Shown one piece after another: positions 37,575 to 47,506 of a stretch of DNA of 64,000 bases. The stretch comes from Clostridia bacterium (GTDB lineage: Bacteria > Bacillota > Clostridia > Christensenellales > Borkfalkiaceae). A program made the translations under genes and the position numbers. The first letter of the stretch is position 1. Every line of letters begins with the position of its first letter. The DNA is taken from the NCBI GenBank assembly GCA_017398825.1, contig JAFQEV010000053.1:4843-68842 (forward strand), read 5' to 3'. Below the pieces are notes generated by a model. That model had not been told where the DNA came from and searched no databases. It was given only the letters and a program-made list of their open reading frames with translations.

Positions 37575-38774
37575 TCACCTCAATTTTACAAGTTCATCTT
37601 TTGCGGTTCTTTTTAGTATCAACATTCCAAATAAAAGCAACAACGGGAATATCGTAGCTATCAAAATACCCATGTTCATACTCGTTCCGCTCGCGATAAA
37701 GCCAACTAAAGTAGGGCCTAAAGTACAGCCAACGTCACCGCCGAGGGCGAGCATCGAAAACATCGTAGTTCCTCCGCTACTGAATAAATCACCGCCTATA
37801 GAGTAAACTCCCGGCCAAACGATTCCCACAAAGAAACCGCTAAGCGATATAAATATCAAAGACAATACTGCGTTTGGCTGTAAAACGGTTAAAAGATAAC
37901 AAGCGGTCAATCCCACGGAGCAAATTAGAATAAGCGTTGAAACGTTGAATTTTTTTCCGCTTAGTCCATGCAAGAAACGGGATAAGAACATAAACAAGGC
38001 AAACGTGCTCGCGCCTAAAAGGTCGCCCATCGTTTTGGAAACTTTTAGCCCGCTTTCAGCAAAATAACTTGCCCATTGTGCTATCGCCTGCTCGCACGCT
38101 CCAGCTGAAATCATTAAAACGAACAAAAGTAAAAACCTTTTGTTTTTAAAAAGTTGAAGTTTTTTAACGACGCGCTCGTCCCCCGTAGGTTTAATTATCG
38201 GGCAAACGGAAAATAAAATTACCTCGATTGCGGGTATTAGAACGAAGAACAACGCCAAAATATACCATTTATCAACGCCAAACAGTACAAAAAACGCCGT
38301 CGATAAAAGAACTAAAACTAAATGCCCAAGGCAGTAAAAAGAGTGGAGAAAACTCATCATTGAAGACTTGTTTTCAAAAGGCAACGCCTCGATTATAGGG
38401 CTTAAAAGAACTTCGCTTAGCCCACTACCCGCAGCCATAAAGGTAACGGCTATCATAATGCCAACGTAGATTGCAATATAGCCTGATACAACGAAGGGAG
38501 TTATAGCGAGAATTACTAACCCCACGCACGCCGACGTGCCCGATAGTATGCACGACGCCCTATGCCCTATTTTTAATATGAACGAGGACGAGAGCATATC
38601 AATTAGTATTTGCAACACAAAGTTATACGCAATTACCGTTGAAATTAAATATACAGGTATTTTATAAGCCGTTGAAAAATATACGAAAAGTAGGGGTAAA
38701 AAGTTATTTACGAGCGCTTGTACTACGTATCCCGTTGAACAAGCCGTCACCGTTAACCCATATCGCTTAGCCAT
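37575..38774 (-). CDS. MFS transporter
   Basis: 399 aa with about 12 hydrophobic helices. Operonic with nahK. Confidence 0.75.
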   Translation of the reverse strand: MAKRYGLTVTACSTGYVVQALVNNFLPLLFVYFSTAYKIPVYLISTVIAYNFVLQILIDMLSSSFILKIGHRASCILSGTSACVGLVILAITPFVVSGYIAIYVGIMIAVTFMAAGSGLSEVLLSPIIEALPFENKSSMMSFLHSFYCLGHLVLVLLSTAFFVLFGVDKWYILALFFVLIPAIEVILFSVCPIIKPTGDERVVKKLQLFKNKRFLLLFVLMISAGACEQAIAQWASYFAESGLKVSKTMGDLLGASTFALFMFLSRFLHGLSGKKFNVSTLILICSVGLTACYLLTVLQPNAVLSLIFISLSGFFVGIVWPGVYSIGGDLFSSGGTTMFSMLALGGDVGCTLGPTLVGFIASGTSMNMGILIATIFPLLLLFGMLILKRTAKDELVKLR

Positions 38775-38904
38775 AACCCTTCTCCATTAGTAATTTCCAA
38801 ATCATTATCGCACATTAAAACAAATAATGCAAGTTATTATTCACCTAATTTTTATTATTTTAATATAATAATAACGACTGCTTTAGGTCAAAGGATTTTT
38901 ACAA

Positions 38905-39678
38905 ATGTGCTTATTTAACAACTGCAATTCAAACTGCCAAAGATGCTGTAATAGAGTAATCGTCGGTCCACAAGGTCCGCAAGGCCCCGTTGGTCCTAGA
39001 GGTCCTGTTGGACCTACCGGTCCTACCGGCGCAACGGGTGCAACGGGCGCAACCGGCCCTCAAGGTCCTATCGGTTTAACAGGCGCTACAGGCGCAACTG
39101 GTCCGCAAGGTCCTGCTGGTCCTATCGGTCCTCAAGGCCCTCAAGGTGAAACAGGTGCAACCGGCGCAACGGGTCCGCAAGGTCCTATCGGTTTAACAGG
39201 TGCAACCGGTGCTACAGGTCCGCAAGGTCCTGCTGGTCCTATCGGTCCCCAAGGCCCTCAAGGTGAAACAGGTGCAACCGGCGCTACGGGTCCTCAAGGC
39301 CCGGCAGGTACGTCCGATGCGATATACGCTAGTAGCGGTGTTTCAACCGTAGCGGCAGGAGCAACCGCTCCCTTAGCTTTAAACACCGTTACTCCCATTA
39401 GTTCAATGAACGTTGGAGCAAACGCCGTTACTCTATCAGACGCGGGGTACTACCTCGTTTCCTACTATATCACAGGAACTGGAACTCCCATTGACTATTC
39501 TCTCACTCTTAACGGAACTGCCGTATCTACTATTGACGACGCGTCCACCGGCGTAACAACCGCCTCGAAAACCGTGCTTGTCAATGCAACGGCTGGCTCG
39601 TCCCTCATCCTCGTTAACACGGGCGCTACTGAACTTTCCGTTACCGATACCGGCTTAACGGTAGTTAAAATTGCTTAA
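38905..39678 (+). CDS. Collagen-like (G-X-Y)n protein with a Cys-rich N-terminus and a BclA-like globular C-terminus
   Basis: [18 protein letters not shown], then about 38 uninterrupted GXY triplets ([15 protein letters not shown]...), then a beta-rich C-terminal domain of about 120 aa. Confidence 0.85.
   Translation: MCLFNNCNSNCQRCCNRVIVGPQGPQGPVGPRGPVGPTGPTGATGATGATGPQGPIGLTGATGATGPQGPAGPIGPQGPQGETGATGATGPQGPIGLTGATGATGPQGPAGPIGPQGPQGETGATGATGPQGPAGTSDAIYASSGVSTVAAGATAPLALNTVTPISSMNVGANAVTLSDAGYYLVSYYITGTGTPIDYSLTLNGTAVSTIDDASTGVTTASKTVLVNATAGSSLILVNTGATELSVTDTGLTVVKIA
39064..39297 (+). repeat. Two tandem 117-bp (39-aa) repeats inside the collagen region
   Basis: GGTCCTATCGGTTTAACAGG recurs at 39064 and 39181. 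The encoded 13-triplet unit is identical, with a few synonymous differences. Confidence 0.85.
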
Positions 39679-39699
39679 TTCTTTGCCTTTTAGGCAAAG

Positions 39700-39729
39700 G
39701 GAAAGCCACGGATTTTCCGTGGCTTTTTA
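39700..39729. terminator. Bidirectional terminator
   Basis: AAAGCCACGG-ATTTT-CCGTGGCTTT plus a T-run, between convergent genes. Confidence 0.75.
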
Positions 39730-39731
39730 TA

Positions 39732-41063
39732 TTATTTTAAAAATATCTCGATAACGGGGGTTATCTTTTGAGGTTGAACTACGGGAAGTGCAAACTTAAC
39801 GTAACCGTCCTTTTCGGTATACAAAATTTCGCTACCGTCGTGGAGGAATTGACAATAATCAACCTTGCCAGCCAAATTTTCAAATACCAACGATTTGAAA
39901 GGATAATCGATGAGGTGAATATACAAGCGCTTTCCGTCCTCAGACTGAGTAAGATACGTGCCGTCGGGCGCGGTAAATTCGGGTTCTGCCATAGTACAGC
40001 CGTAGATGGAACGAGAGTTGTACTTCATCCAGTCGGCGTAAGCCTGCAAAGCCTCGTCCGCCCTGTAATCGAATAAGCCTCTCGAGGTAGGGCCGACGTT
40101 CATTAAGAGGTTACCGCCGTAAGCAACGGTCTTTACCAAAGTGTCAATGAGCATTTTCGGTGACTTCCAAGTCATTTCATCACGGAAATATCCCCAAGAA
40201 CCCGAGAAGGTGTGGCAAACCTCCCAAGTTAAAAGCTCGCCCGTTTCCTTGTGAGTAGGCCATTTCATTGTAGCCGATTGCTCGGGGGTAACGGTATCGC
40301 CCTCGATACCTAAACGGTTGTTGATAACGATATCGGGCTGGAGCGACCTAATGAGCGCCATGAGCTTTTCAGACTCCCAGTCCTGTTTATCCTTGCCACC
40401 GTCAGACTGCATCCAAGGCTTTTTGTTGGGGTCAGGCGGGGGATTGCCTTTATCGAACGCCAGCATATCAACTGCGTTATGAGTGGACGCAGGGTAAGAA
40501 AAGTCAAACCACAAAACGTCGATTTTGCCGTAATTAGTTAAAAGCTCGGTTACTTGATTTCTCATATACTCGGCGTAAATTTTAACATCTCTGCCCTTAT
40601 CCATCTCCTCACCGTCTTCACGCCTGGGGTGAATAACGTCTATCGGGAAATGTGGGTGATGCCAGTCGATAAGCGAGTAGTAAAAACCGATTTTAATGCC
40701 TTCTGCACGGAAAGCGTCAACGTACTGTTTTACGATATCCTTGCCGTAAGGAGTGTTAGTTACTTTATAATCGGTAAACTTACTGTCGAACAAACAAAAA
40801 CCCTCGTGGTGCTTAGTGGTAAACACCGCGTATTTCATACCTGCAGCCTTTGCCTTTTTTGCCCATTCTTTGCAGTCTATAAGGTCGGGATTAAAATGCT
40901 CGAAGTATTTATCGTACTTTTCTTCGGGAATTCTCTCCATTGTCTTTATCCACTCGTGGCGAGCAGGTAAAGAATATAAACCGAAGTGAATAAACATACC
41001 AAACCTATCGTGAACGAGCCACGAGGTATCGCCAACAGTTTTTCTTCTTTTATAGGAACTCAT
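39732..41063 (-). CDS. GH29 alpha-L-fucosidase
   Basis: FGMFIHFGLYS and TKHHEGFCLFDS motifs, and a size of about 440 aa. Confidence 0.85.
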   Translation of the reverse strand: MSSYKRRKTVGDTSWLVHDRFGMFIHFGLYSLPARHEWIKTMERIPEEKYDKYFEHFNPDLIDCKEWAKKAKAAGMKYAVFTTKHHEGFCLFDSKFTDYKVTNTPYGKDIVKQYVDAFRAEGIKIGFYYSLIDWHHPHFPIDVIHPRREDGEEMDKGRDVKIYAEYMRNQVTELLTNYGKIDVLWFDFSYPASTHNAVDMLAFDKGNPPPDPNKKPWMQSDGGKDKQDWESEKLMALIRSLQPDIVINNRLGIEGDTVTPEQSATMKWPTHKETGELLTWEVCHTFSGSWGYFRDEMTWKSPKMLIDTLVKTVAYGGNLLMNVGPTSRGLFDYRADEALQAYADWMKYNSRSIYGCTMAEPEFTAPDGTYLTQSEDGKRLYIHLIDYPFKSLVFENLAGKVDYCQFLHDGSEILYTEKDGYVKFALPVVQPQKITPVIEIFLK

Positions 41064-41121
41064 AAAATTCTCCTTTAAAGTTTATCTATGATAAAGTATA
41101 GCATAATTTTCGTTAAAAGCA

Positions 41122-41149
41122 ATAAAAAACGCGGAAAATTTCCGCGTTT
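41122..41149 (-). terminator. Intrinsic terminator of rseP
   Basis: AAACGCGGAAA/TTTCCGCGTTT followed by T6 on the minus strand. Confidence 0.75.
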
Positions 41150-41151
41150 GA

Positions 41152-42522
41152 TTAAAATAGTTGTAGAACGTCAACTAAAATCGAAAATCCGAGTAAAAGC
41201 ACTAATCCTACGGCGTGGATAATTCCCTCCACCTTTCTATTGAGCGGTTTTTTCCTTATCCATTCGATAGCGCAAAATACAACTCTACTGCCGTCAAGCG
41301 CAGGGATAGGCAAAAGATTGAATACCGCGAGGTTTACGCCTATAAAGCCCGCCATCTCTAAGAAATAGTTAAAGCCTCCCGCCTTAATAGCGTCCGCCGT
41401 AACTTTTATCGTGGTAACAGTTCCTCCCATCGCCCTTATAGAAAGCCTTCCCGTCAACAATTCGCCAAGCGTTCTAAAGATAGTTCCGCCGATTGAAACG
41501 GAGTACTGTAACCCTCTCTCCACCGTTTCAAAAAAACCGAACTTTACGTTCTCGGTGGAATATTTAAGATAGGTAGTCGTTCCACTAATGCCGAGATAAG
41601 ATAAAATCTCGCCGTCAGATTTTGCGGACAAGTCCTCGGTGACTTGTATCGATTTTTCACGTCTATCCGCCCCGCCCGACGAGTAGTAAAAGGAAAGCGT
41701 TTCGCCAACGCCTACCGTCTTTGCAAAGGAGATTAAATCGCTAGCGTAAAAAATGCGAGAACATTCGTCGTACTCGTCAGCGTCTTTTACGCGCAGGAGG
41801 TAATTCCCGTCAAGCTCACCGCCGTTTATCTCTTGAATAGTTGATATTCCAAGCGCGGTAAAAGCGGAAACGGGGTCTGCTAAACTTTTGACCGAAACGT
41901 CGTTTCTAAGGCGAACTTTTTTAACTCGCTCATCGCCGTTTGCAAGAACTTTTACGGTAATGGTATCTCCCCTCTTCTTTCCGTCTAAAGCCTCTGCAAT
42001 ATCGGAAGAGAGGAAAACGTTCTTGCCGTCAATTTCCAAAATAACGTCGTCGTTAGACAGGGAATATCCTATAAATTCCGCGTCGTTTGTCGGCTTTACG
42101 TCGTAGGTGCAAACGGATAATTGACCGTAAATACCGACCGATAGGGTGAGTATTACTATGCCGAGTATTAAATTCATCGTTGCACCGGCTATTAAAACGA
42201 TTATCCTTTTCCAAGGCGCTTTGTTGTTAAACGCGCCCTCGTCGTCACTCGTTTCATCTTCCCCTTCAAACGCGCAAAAACCGCCTAATGGAAGGGCTCT
42301 TATAGAGAAAACCTCGTCTGACTTTTTACTCTTTCTCTTATAGATTGCCGGCCCCATGCCGATTGCAAACTCGTTGATTTTAAATTTGAAAATTTTGCCT
42401 GCAACGTAGTGCCCGAGCTCGTGAATAGTTATCATTACGAGTAGCATTATTAACGCAAGCAATATCGACCACACCGTTGAAAGCACGCTCGATACGGATA
42501 ATAGATTTGTCATTATTTGCAC
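41152..42522 (-). CDS. rseP: Site-2 (RIP) zinc metalloprotease RseP/RasP
   Basis: HELGHY motif in TM1, a PDZ-type middle region, and the NLLPIPALDG motif. Confidence 0.9.
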   Translation of the reverse strand: MQIMTNLLSVSSVLSTVWSILLALIMLLVMITIHELGHYVAGKIFKFKINEFAIGMGPAIYKRKSKKSDEVFSIRALPLGGFCAFEGEDETSDDEGAFNNKAPWKRIIVLIAGATMNLILGIVILTLSVGIYGQLSVCTYDVKPTNDAEFIGYSLSNDDVILEIDGKNVFLSSDIAEALDGKKRGDTITVKVLANGDERVKKVRLRNDVSVKSLADPVSAFTALGISTIQEINGGELDGNYLLRVKDADEYDECSRIFYASDLISFAKTVGVGETLSFYYSSGGADRREKSIQVTEDLSAKSDGEILSYLGISGTTTYLKYSTENVKFGFFETVERGLQYSVSIGGTIFRTLGELLTGRLSIRAMGGTVTTIKVTADAIKAGGFNYFLEMAGFIGVNLAVFNLLPIPALDGSRVVFCAIEWIRKKPLNRKVEGIIHAVGLVLLLGFSILVDVLQLF

Positions 42523-43658
42523 CTTTTTAAGTATAATTCATCAACTATCACACGTGATATTTTATCGGTGTACTCCAAGTTTTCAAAGGTTAAAGGTAAC
42601 CTTTCCGTCTTTTGTAAAACCTCTTCAAGATATAAGGGAATTTCAGTATACTTTATTCTACCCTCCAAGAAAAGCTCTACCACCCTCTCGTCACCCGCGC
42701 TTACTGCGCAAGGGAAATTGTAACCCATTTCCATTGCCTTATCAACCGTGAAAAAGGCGGGATATCTCTCTTTGTCAATCTCTTTAAAGTTCAAGGTTTT
42801 GCCAAAGAGGTTTAGTTCGTGATTTTCAATGAATAATCTATCGGGATAAGTGAGGGCGAGTTGGATAGGAAGTTCCATTGATGGAATTCCCATTTGCGAT
42901 ATGATTGCACCGTCGCTAAACTCTACCATTGAGTGAACGATGCTTTCGGGGTGAACTACCACCTCGATTTGCTCGCGCTTTGCGTTAAATAACCACATCG
43001 CCTCGATAACCTCAAAGCCCTTGTTTACCATGGTAGCGCAATCTACCGTTATCTTTTTGCCCATGTTCCAGTTGGGGTGCATGAGCGCGTCACTCGCGGT
43101 AACGTTTTCAAGCTCGGATACGGGAACGTTTCTCAGCGCACCGCCGGACGCCGTTATCAATATTTTTTTAAACTCTTTAACTTTGTTAAAGTTTAAGCAT
43201 TGCCAAATTGCCGAATGCTCGCTGTCAACGGGGATAATATCAACGCCGTTTTCCCTTGCCATAGGCATAATTAGCCCACCGCCAGCAACGAGCGTTTCCT
43301 TGTTTGCAAGAGCTATCGGTTTTTTAAGTTCGATAGCGTATTTTACCGCCTTTAAGCCAGCGTAGCCCATAACCGCGTCAAAAACGATATCGCACTCGTC
43401 GGTTACAGCGTGCAAAAGGGCACTTTCACCATAATAAAATTCCGTACCCTTGGGAATTTCAGTTATCTTAGAAACGCCCTCGGGGTTTGATAAGCATGCA
43501 ATTTTAGGTTTAAACTTATTTACCTGCTCGGAAAATAAAACGGCGTTAGAACCCGCCGCCATGGATATTATTTGAAATTTTTCGGGATAGCGCTCTACTA
43601 CGTTTAGAACTTGCCTACCTATAGAGCCCGTGCTCCCGAGCAACGCAATTTTTACCAT
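42513..43658 (-). CDS. dxr: 1-deoxy-D-xylulose 5-phosphate reductoisomerase
   Basis: LGSTGSIG, LANKE, PVDSEH and HPNWNMG motifs. Confidence 0.95.
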   Translation of the reverse strand: MVKIALLGSTGSIGRQVLNVVERYPEKFQIISMAAGSNAVLFSEQVNKFKPKIACLSNPEGVSKITEIPKGTEFYYGESALLHAVTDECDIVFDAVMGYAGLKAVKYAIELKKPIALANKETLVAGGGLIMPMARENGVDIIPVDSEHSAIWQCLNFNKVKEFKKILITASGGALRNVPVSELENVTASDALMHPNWNMGKKITVDCATMVNKGFEVIEAMWLFNAKREQIEVVVHPESIVHSMVEFSDGAIISQMGIPSMELPIQLALTYPDRLFIENHELNLFGKTLNFKEIDKERYPAFFTVDKAMEMGYNFPCAVSAGDERVVELFLEGRIKYTEIPLYLEEVLQKTERLPLTFENLEYTDKISRVIVDELYLKRCK

Positions 43659-43678
43659 AAAAATATTATATCCTTAAA

Positions 43679-44503
43679 TTAGATTAAAAATGAATAAAAA
43701 ACGAAAACTGCAAGTGCGGTAAACATAAGCCCGTCAACTCTATCGAGTATTCCTCCGTGACCGGGAAGAAGAGAACCCATATCCTTAACGCCAAGCCCAC
43801 GCTTTAAAAAGCTTTCAAACAAATCGCCGATTTGAGTAACTATACTGAAAACTATTCCCGTCATTATCAAAAAGATAACGGCGTTTATTTCGTTTTGAAG
43901 GTTGAACGGGGAAATGCCTATCCACTTAAATGCATAGTAGGTAATTATTCCACCAAGCACTCCGCCTATAACTCCGCCGATTGCTCCGCTCACCGTCTTG
44001 TTAGGGCTAATGGTCGGGCAAAGCTTTTTGCCTTTGAATTTCGAGCCTACGAGATACGCCAAAGTGTCCGTCGAATACGAGGTTGCAAACACCAAAACGA
44101 GCGCAAACAAAGCGTACGCTCCAAGGTGATTTACGAGCGATAAAAATAACAAGATTAAGGTGGGATAAACTGAGCAAATCGCCGTATAGCCCATTTTTTC
44201 AACGGAAGAACCCTTTAAAAATACCGATACTAAAAGTTCGATTGCAATATATGCTACGATTACTGTGAGTAGATATTTAGGTATAAAAGTTGCAACGGGA
44301 ATTACTATAACGGAAAAGCCGATAGCCATTATCTTTTGCGCGCCCGTAATCTTATCGCCAAGCGCCTTGGTAAATTCGTATGCTCCCATTACTGAAAGGA
44401 TAAGGGCGAAGAGGTCGAAAAACCTTATATCTATCGTCCTTAAGAAAAATGCAAGCACCGTTGCGACTATTATTATTGCTCCTGTTATCGTTCTTTTAAG
44501 CAT
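43679..44503 (-). CDS. cdsA: Phosphatidate cytidylyltransferase
   Basis: C-terminal KRxxGxKDxGxxxPGHGGxLDRxD signature (FLKRGLGVKDMGSLLPGHGGILDRVD). The start is preferred at ATG 44503. Confidence 0.9.
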   Translation of the reverse strand: MLKRTITGAIIIVATVLAFFLRTIDIRFFDLFALILSVMGAYEFTKALGDKITGAQKIMAIGFSVIVIPVATFIPKYLLTVIVAYIAIELLVSVFLKGSSVEKMGYTAICSVYPTLILLFLSLVNHLGAYALFALVLVFATSYSTDTLAYLVGSKFKGKKLCPTISPNKTVSGAIGGVIGGVLGGIITYYAFKWIGISPFNLQNEINAVIFLIMTGIVFSIVTQIGDLFESFLKRGLGVKDMGSLLPGHGGILDRVDGLMFTALAVFVFYSFLI

Positions 44504-44505
44504 AG

Positions 44506-45192
44506 TTAAATCTTTCCAAATCTTCTGTTTCTTTGCGCGTACCAAGAAAGTGCGCTCTCAAGCTCTTGCTCGTTAAAATCGGGCCAAAGAGCATCGGTAA
44601 AATAAAGTTCGGCGTAAGCAGACTGCCAAATAAAGAAGTTGCTCGTTCTCTGCTCGCCACTCGTTCTCACGATTAAGTCAATGGGCGGAAGGCCTTTAGT
44701 GTAGAGATAACTTTCAAACTCCTCTTCGGTAACCGCGCTTTTGCCATCTTTGAGCAAGCGGTTAACTGCGTGTAAAATCTCCTGCTTTCCACCGTAATTG
44801 ATAGCAATATTTAAAACCTTTTTAAAGGCTTTCGTGCTATTTTCAACCTTTTCTATAAGTTCGAAAAGCACTTTCGAAAGCTCGGGTTTATTGCCGGATA
44901 CAATAAGGCGAATTTCGTTTTTAATTAAGGTCTTTTCGTATTTGATTAAGAACTTGTAAAGCAAGTCCATAATCTTGTCAACCTCGTCCTTAGGTCTACC
45001 CCAGTTTTCAGTTGAAAAGGCGTAAAGGCTAACTACTTCTATCCCAGACTTAAAGCAAGCGGAAACGACTTTTTCCACGTTTTCCGCTCCCTTTTTATGC
45101 CCGAAATTCCTCGGCTTATTTCTTTGTTTTGCCCAACGACCATTCCCGTCCATAATAAAGCCGACGTGGCGTGGGATTATAAGGTTTTCCAT
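44506..45192 (-). CDS. uppS: Undecaprenyl diphosphate synthase
   Basis: HVGFIMDGNGRWA and RTSGEQRTSNF(F/L)IWQ motifs. Confidence 0.95.
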   Translation of the reverse strand: MENLIIPRHVGFIMDGNGRWAKQRNKPRNFGHKKGAENVEKVVSACFKSGIEVVSLYAFSTENWGRPKDEVDKIMDLLYKFLIKYEKTLIKNEIRLIVSGNKPELSKVLFELIEKVENSTKAFKKVLNIAINYGGKQEILHAVNRLLKDGKSAVTEEEFESYLYTKGLPPIDLIVRTSGEQRTSNFFIWQSAYAELYFTDALWPDFNEQELESALSWYAQRNRRFGKI

Positions 45193-45767
45193 TATAAAGT
45201 AAGAAGGTCCTTTTCCTTATCGGCAATCACCTTGTCAACCGCCTCAATGATTTTAGAGGTGAGTTTTTCAACTGCTGACTCGTAATCTGCGTACTGGTCT
45301 TCAGTAATATCTTTTGCAGTTTTAAGTTTTTTAAACTGGTCGAGAACGTCTCTTCTAATGTTGCGGATAGCAACTTTGCCGTCCTCACCCATCTTCTTAA
45401 CTTGTTTTACAAGTTCTTTACGGCGTTCTTCCGTGAGCATGGGGAAAACGAGGCGAATAACGTTACCGTCGTTAGTCGGATTGATACCGATGTTGGAAAG
45501 CTGAATAGCCTTTTCAACCGATTTCAAAAGAGATTTATCCCAAGGTGAAATCATTAAGCATTGAGCGTCAACAACCGAGATATTACCTATCTGGTTTATG
45601 GGGCTCATTGCGCCGTAAGCCTCAACTTGAATTTTATCTAAAATGTGGGGATTAGCTCTACCTGCACGAATTTGCAAAACGTTAGACTTCAAAACGTCAA
45701 GCGACGTTTGCATACGTTCTTCACATTCCATTTCCATCATTTCTAAAGTTTCTAAATCTATAGCCAT
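45192..45767 (-). CDS. frr: Ribosome recycling factor
   Basis: IRAGRANP, ISPWD and LTEERR motifs. Confidence 0.95.
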   Translation of the reverse strand: MAIDLETLEMMEMECEERMQTSLDVLKSNVLQIRAGRANPHILDKIQVEAYGAMSPINQIGNISVVDAQCLMISPWDKSLLKSVEKAIQLSNIGINPTNDGNVIRLVFPMLTEERRKELVKQVKKMGEDGKVAIRNIRRDVLDQFKKLKTAKDITEDQYADYESAVEKLTSKIIEAVDKVIADKEKDLLTL

Positions 45768-45852
45768 AATATACTCCTATTAACTTTTTGTATTAATTAC
45801 TTATATTGTATTATAAACTTGAATTTTTGTAAAGAAGTTTTTTATTTCTTTA

Positions 45853-45880
45853 AATAAAAAAGCGTGCTTAACAGCACGCT
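45853..45880 (-). terminator. Intrinsic terminator upstream of frr
   Basis: AGCGTGCT-GTTA-AGCACGCT followed by T6 on the minus strand. Confidence 0.5.
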
Positions 45881-46000
45881 AAATTACGTCTAATACAAGA
45901 ATTTATTGTTTTATAAAACATACCACTAAATAATTTCTTTATTGTGAATACTTTTAACTTTTATTCTTGTATAATTAAACTAAAATTTATGGAGAATATT

Positions 46001-46273
46001 ATGGAAAATTACTCGGCAATTAAAGAGATGTTTTACGGCAATCGTGGCAACTATGATAGCATAAAGTTAAGTATAGAGGGGAAAAACGCGTTAGACAAAG
46101 TTGTTGAAACAGAGGAAAGCTTTATTAAAATGCTTAATGATAAGCCACAGATTATCGAGGCTTATAAAAACCTTAACGCTCGCATTAACGAGATGAACGC
46201 AACTAATTTTGAAGATGCGTATATCGAGGGTTTTAGATTTGGCTTTTTAATGGCGTTAGACATTTTAAAATAA
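46001..46273 (+). CDS. Hypothetical 90-aa helical protein, opposite strand, inside the frr-pyrH spacer
   Basis: The start is preferred at ATG 46001 (GGAG 7 nt upstream). MENYSAIKEMFYGN...AYIEGFRFGFLMALDILK resembles small proteins I recall from Firmicute mobile elements, but this is unverified. Confidence 0.5.
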   Translation: MENYSAIKEMFYGNRGNYDSIKLSIEGKNALDKVVETEESFIKMLNDKPQIIEAYKNLNARINEMNATNFEDAYIEGFRFGFLMALDILK

Positions 46274-46428
46274 TCCCTATCCCCTTAAAGATTAAGGGGA
46301 ATTAAAGGGGTTTTGAGGAGTTTTAGGAAAGGGGGATTGTTAAGGGGGAAAACGTTATTCGGAAAATAGTTGTCCCCCGTTAACACAAAAAAACTATCCT
46401 TAACGCAAGCGATAGTTTGCAGTTAGCT

Positions 46429-46455
46429 AAAAAAGACGGCGATTGCCGTCTTTTT
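46429..46455. terminator. Bidirectional terminator
   Basis: AAAAGACGGC-GATT-GCCGTCTTTT. Confidence 0.75.
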
Positions 46456-46487
46456 AAATTGATTTTTCTCTTTTACTTTACTACATT

Positions 46488-46600
46488 GCTCCCGAAATTG
46501 TTTTTAGATTAAAAAGAATTTTGGGATAAAGGAGCAACCGCTTTTTTGTCTTAGCGTTTACCTTTAGGTTAACGCTTGACAATCTATGCGCGTTGCGACG
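46488..46600 (+). repeat. 113-bp repeat (hairpin H plus T1 core), copy 3
   Basis: 110/113 identical to 2831..2943. Confidence 0.85.
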
Positions 46601-46702
46601 TAGGCAAGGCTCGACGGCAAGCCGTTGGGCGTAATAGACCTCTTTGGTCATTACGGTCACGGATTGACGACAGAAACGACGCAGAACGAAGTTTATAATT
46701 CG
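46601..46702 (+). repeat. TIR-hairpin element (T2-f), left arm truncated, ending at the pyrH stop codon
   Basis: About 90% identical to 55405..55503. Hairpin is CGTAAT-A-GACC-TCTTT-GGTC-ATTACG. The right arm ...GAAGTTTATAATTCG runs into the TAA of pyrH at 46703. Confidence 0.8.
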
Positions 46703-47407
46703 TTAGCGTATCCAGGTGCCGAGCTCTTCGCCCTCAACAGCCCTAACTAACGAGTTCTCTTCATCTAAGCCAAACGCTAAGATGGGGGTTTTGTTTTCTT
46801 TACAAATAGCAACGGCGGCAGTATCCATTGCCTTGAGTTCTTGACTTATAAAGTCAAGATACTTGATTTCTTTGTACTTTTTAGCGTTGGGGTTAACTTT
46901 GGGGTCACTATCGTAAATACCATCAACGTTCTTTGCAAGAAGAATAACTTCTGCTCCGATTTCAGCAGCTCTTAACGCAACTGCGGTATCGGTTGAGAAG
47001 AAAGGGTTGCCCGTTCCACAAGCAAAGATTACAATTCTTCCCTTGCTTAAGTGAGAGTGAGCCTTTCTTGCAATGTATGGTTCGGCTACTCTCGTTATAG
47101 TGAGCGCCGTTTGAACTCTCGTGGGAACGCCGCGGCGTTCAATAGCGTCTTGAAGAGCGAGGGCGTTTATAACGGTTGCAAGCATACCCATATGGTCTGC
47201 AGTTGCCCTATCCATCTCCGTGCCTTGACGACCACGCCAGAAATTACCACCGCCAACTACGATGCCTATTTCAACGCCTAAATCGTGAACGGCGCAAATT
47301 TGGTCAACTACTTTAGAAAGTACGGCTTGATCAAAGCCCATACCCTTATCACCTGCTAATGCCTCACCGCTTATCTTTATAATTACTCTTTTATATTTAA
47401 CTGCCAT
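46703..47407 (-). CDS. pyrH: UMP kinase
   Basis: KRVIIKISGEAL and VVGGGN(F/I)WRG motifs. Confidence 0.95.
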   Translation of the reverse strand: MAVKYKRVIIKISGEALAGDKGMGFDQAVLSKVVDQICAVHDLGVEIGIVVGGGNFWRGRQGTEMDRATADHMGMLATVINALALQDAIERRGVPTRVQTALTITRVAEPYIARKAHSHLSKGRIVIFACGTGNPFFSTDTAVALRAAEIGAEVILLAKNVDGIYDSDPKVNPNAKKYKEIKYLDFISQELKAMDTAAVAICKENKTPILAFGLDEENSLVRAVEGEELGTWIR

Positions 47408-47470
47408 AATCTCTCCTTAATAAAACGTTTATTATATTGTAAACCTAAACGGTTAGATTGTCAATATCGC

Positions 47471-47499
47471 AAAAAAAGGGACTAAAAATAGTCCCTTTT
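47471..47499 (-). terminator. Intrinsic terminator after tsf
   Basis: AAAGGGACT-ATTTTT-AGTCCCTTT followed by T7 on the minus strand. Confidence 0.7.
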
Positions 47500-47506
47500 A
47501 TTTACA

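Noticed and set aside
46281-46345. Cluster of AGGGG/GGA motifs as a CsrA-type protein-sponge RNA.
   Set aside because: There is only one locus, no promoter or defined transcript, and the motifs are not presented in hairpin loops. This is not enough evidence beyond noting the unusual purine tract.
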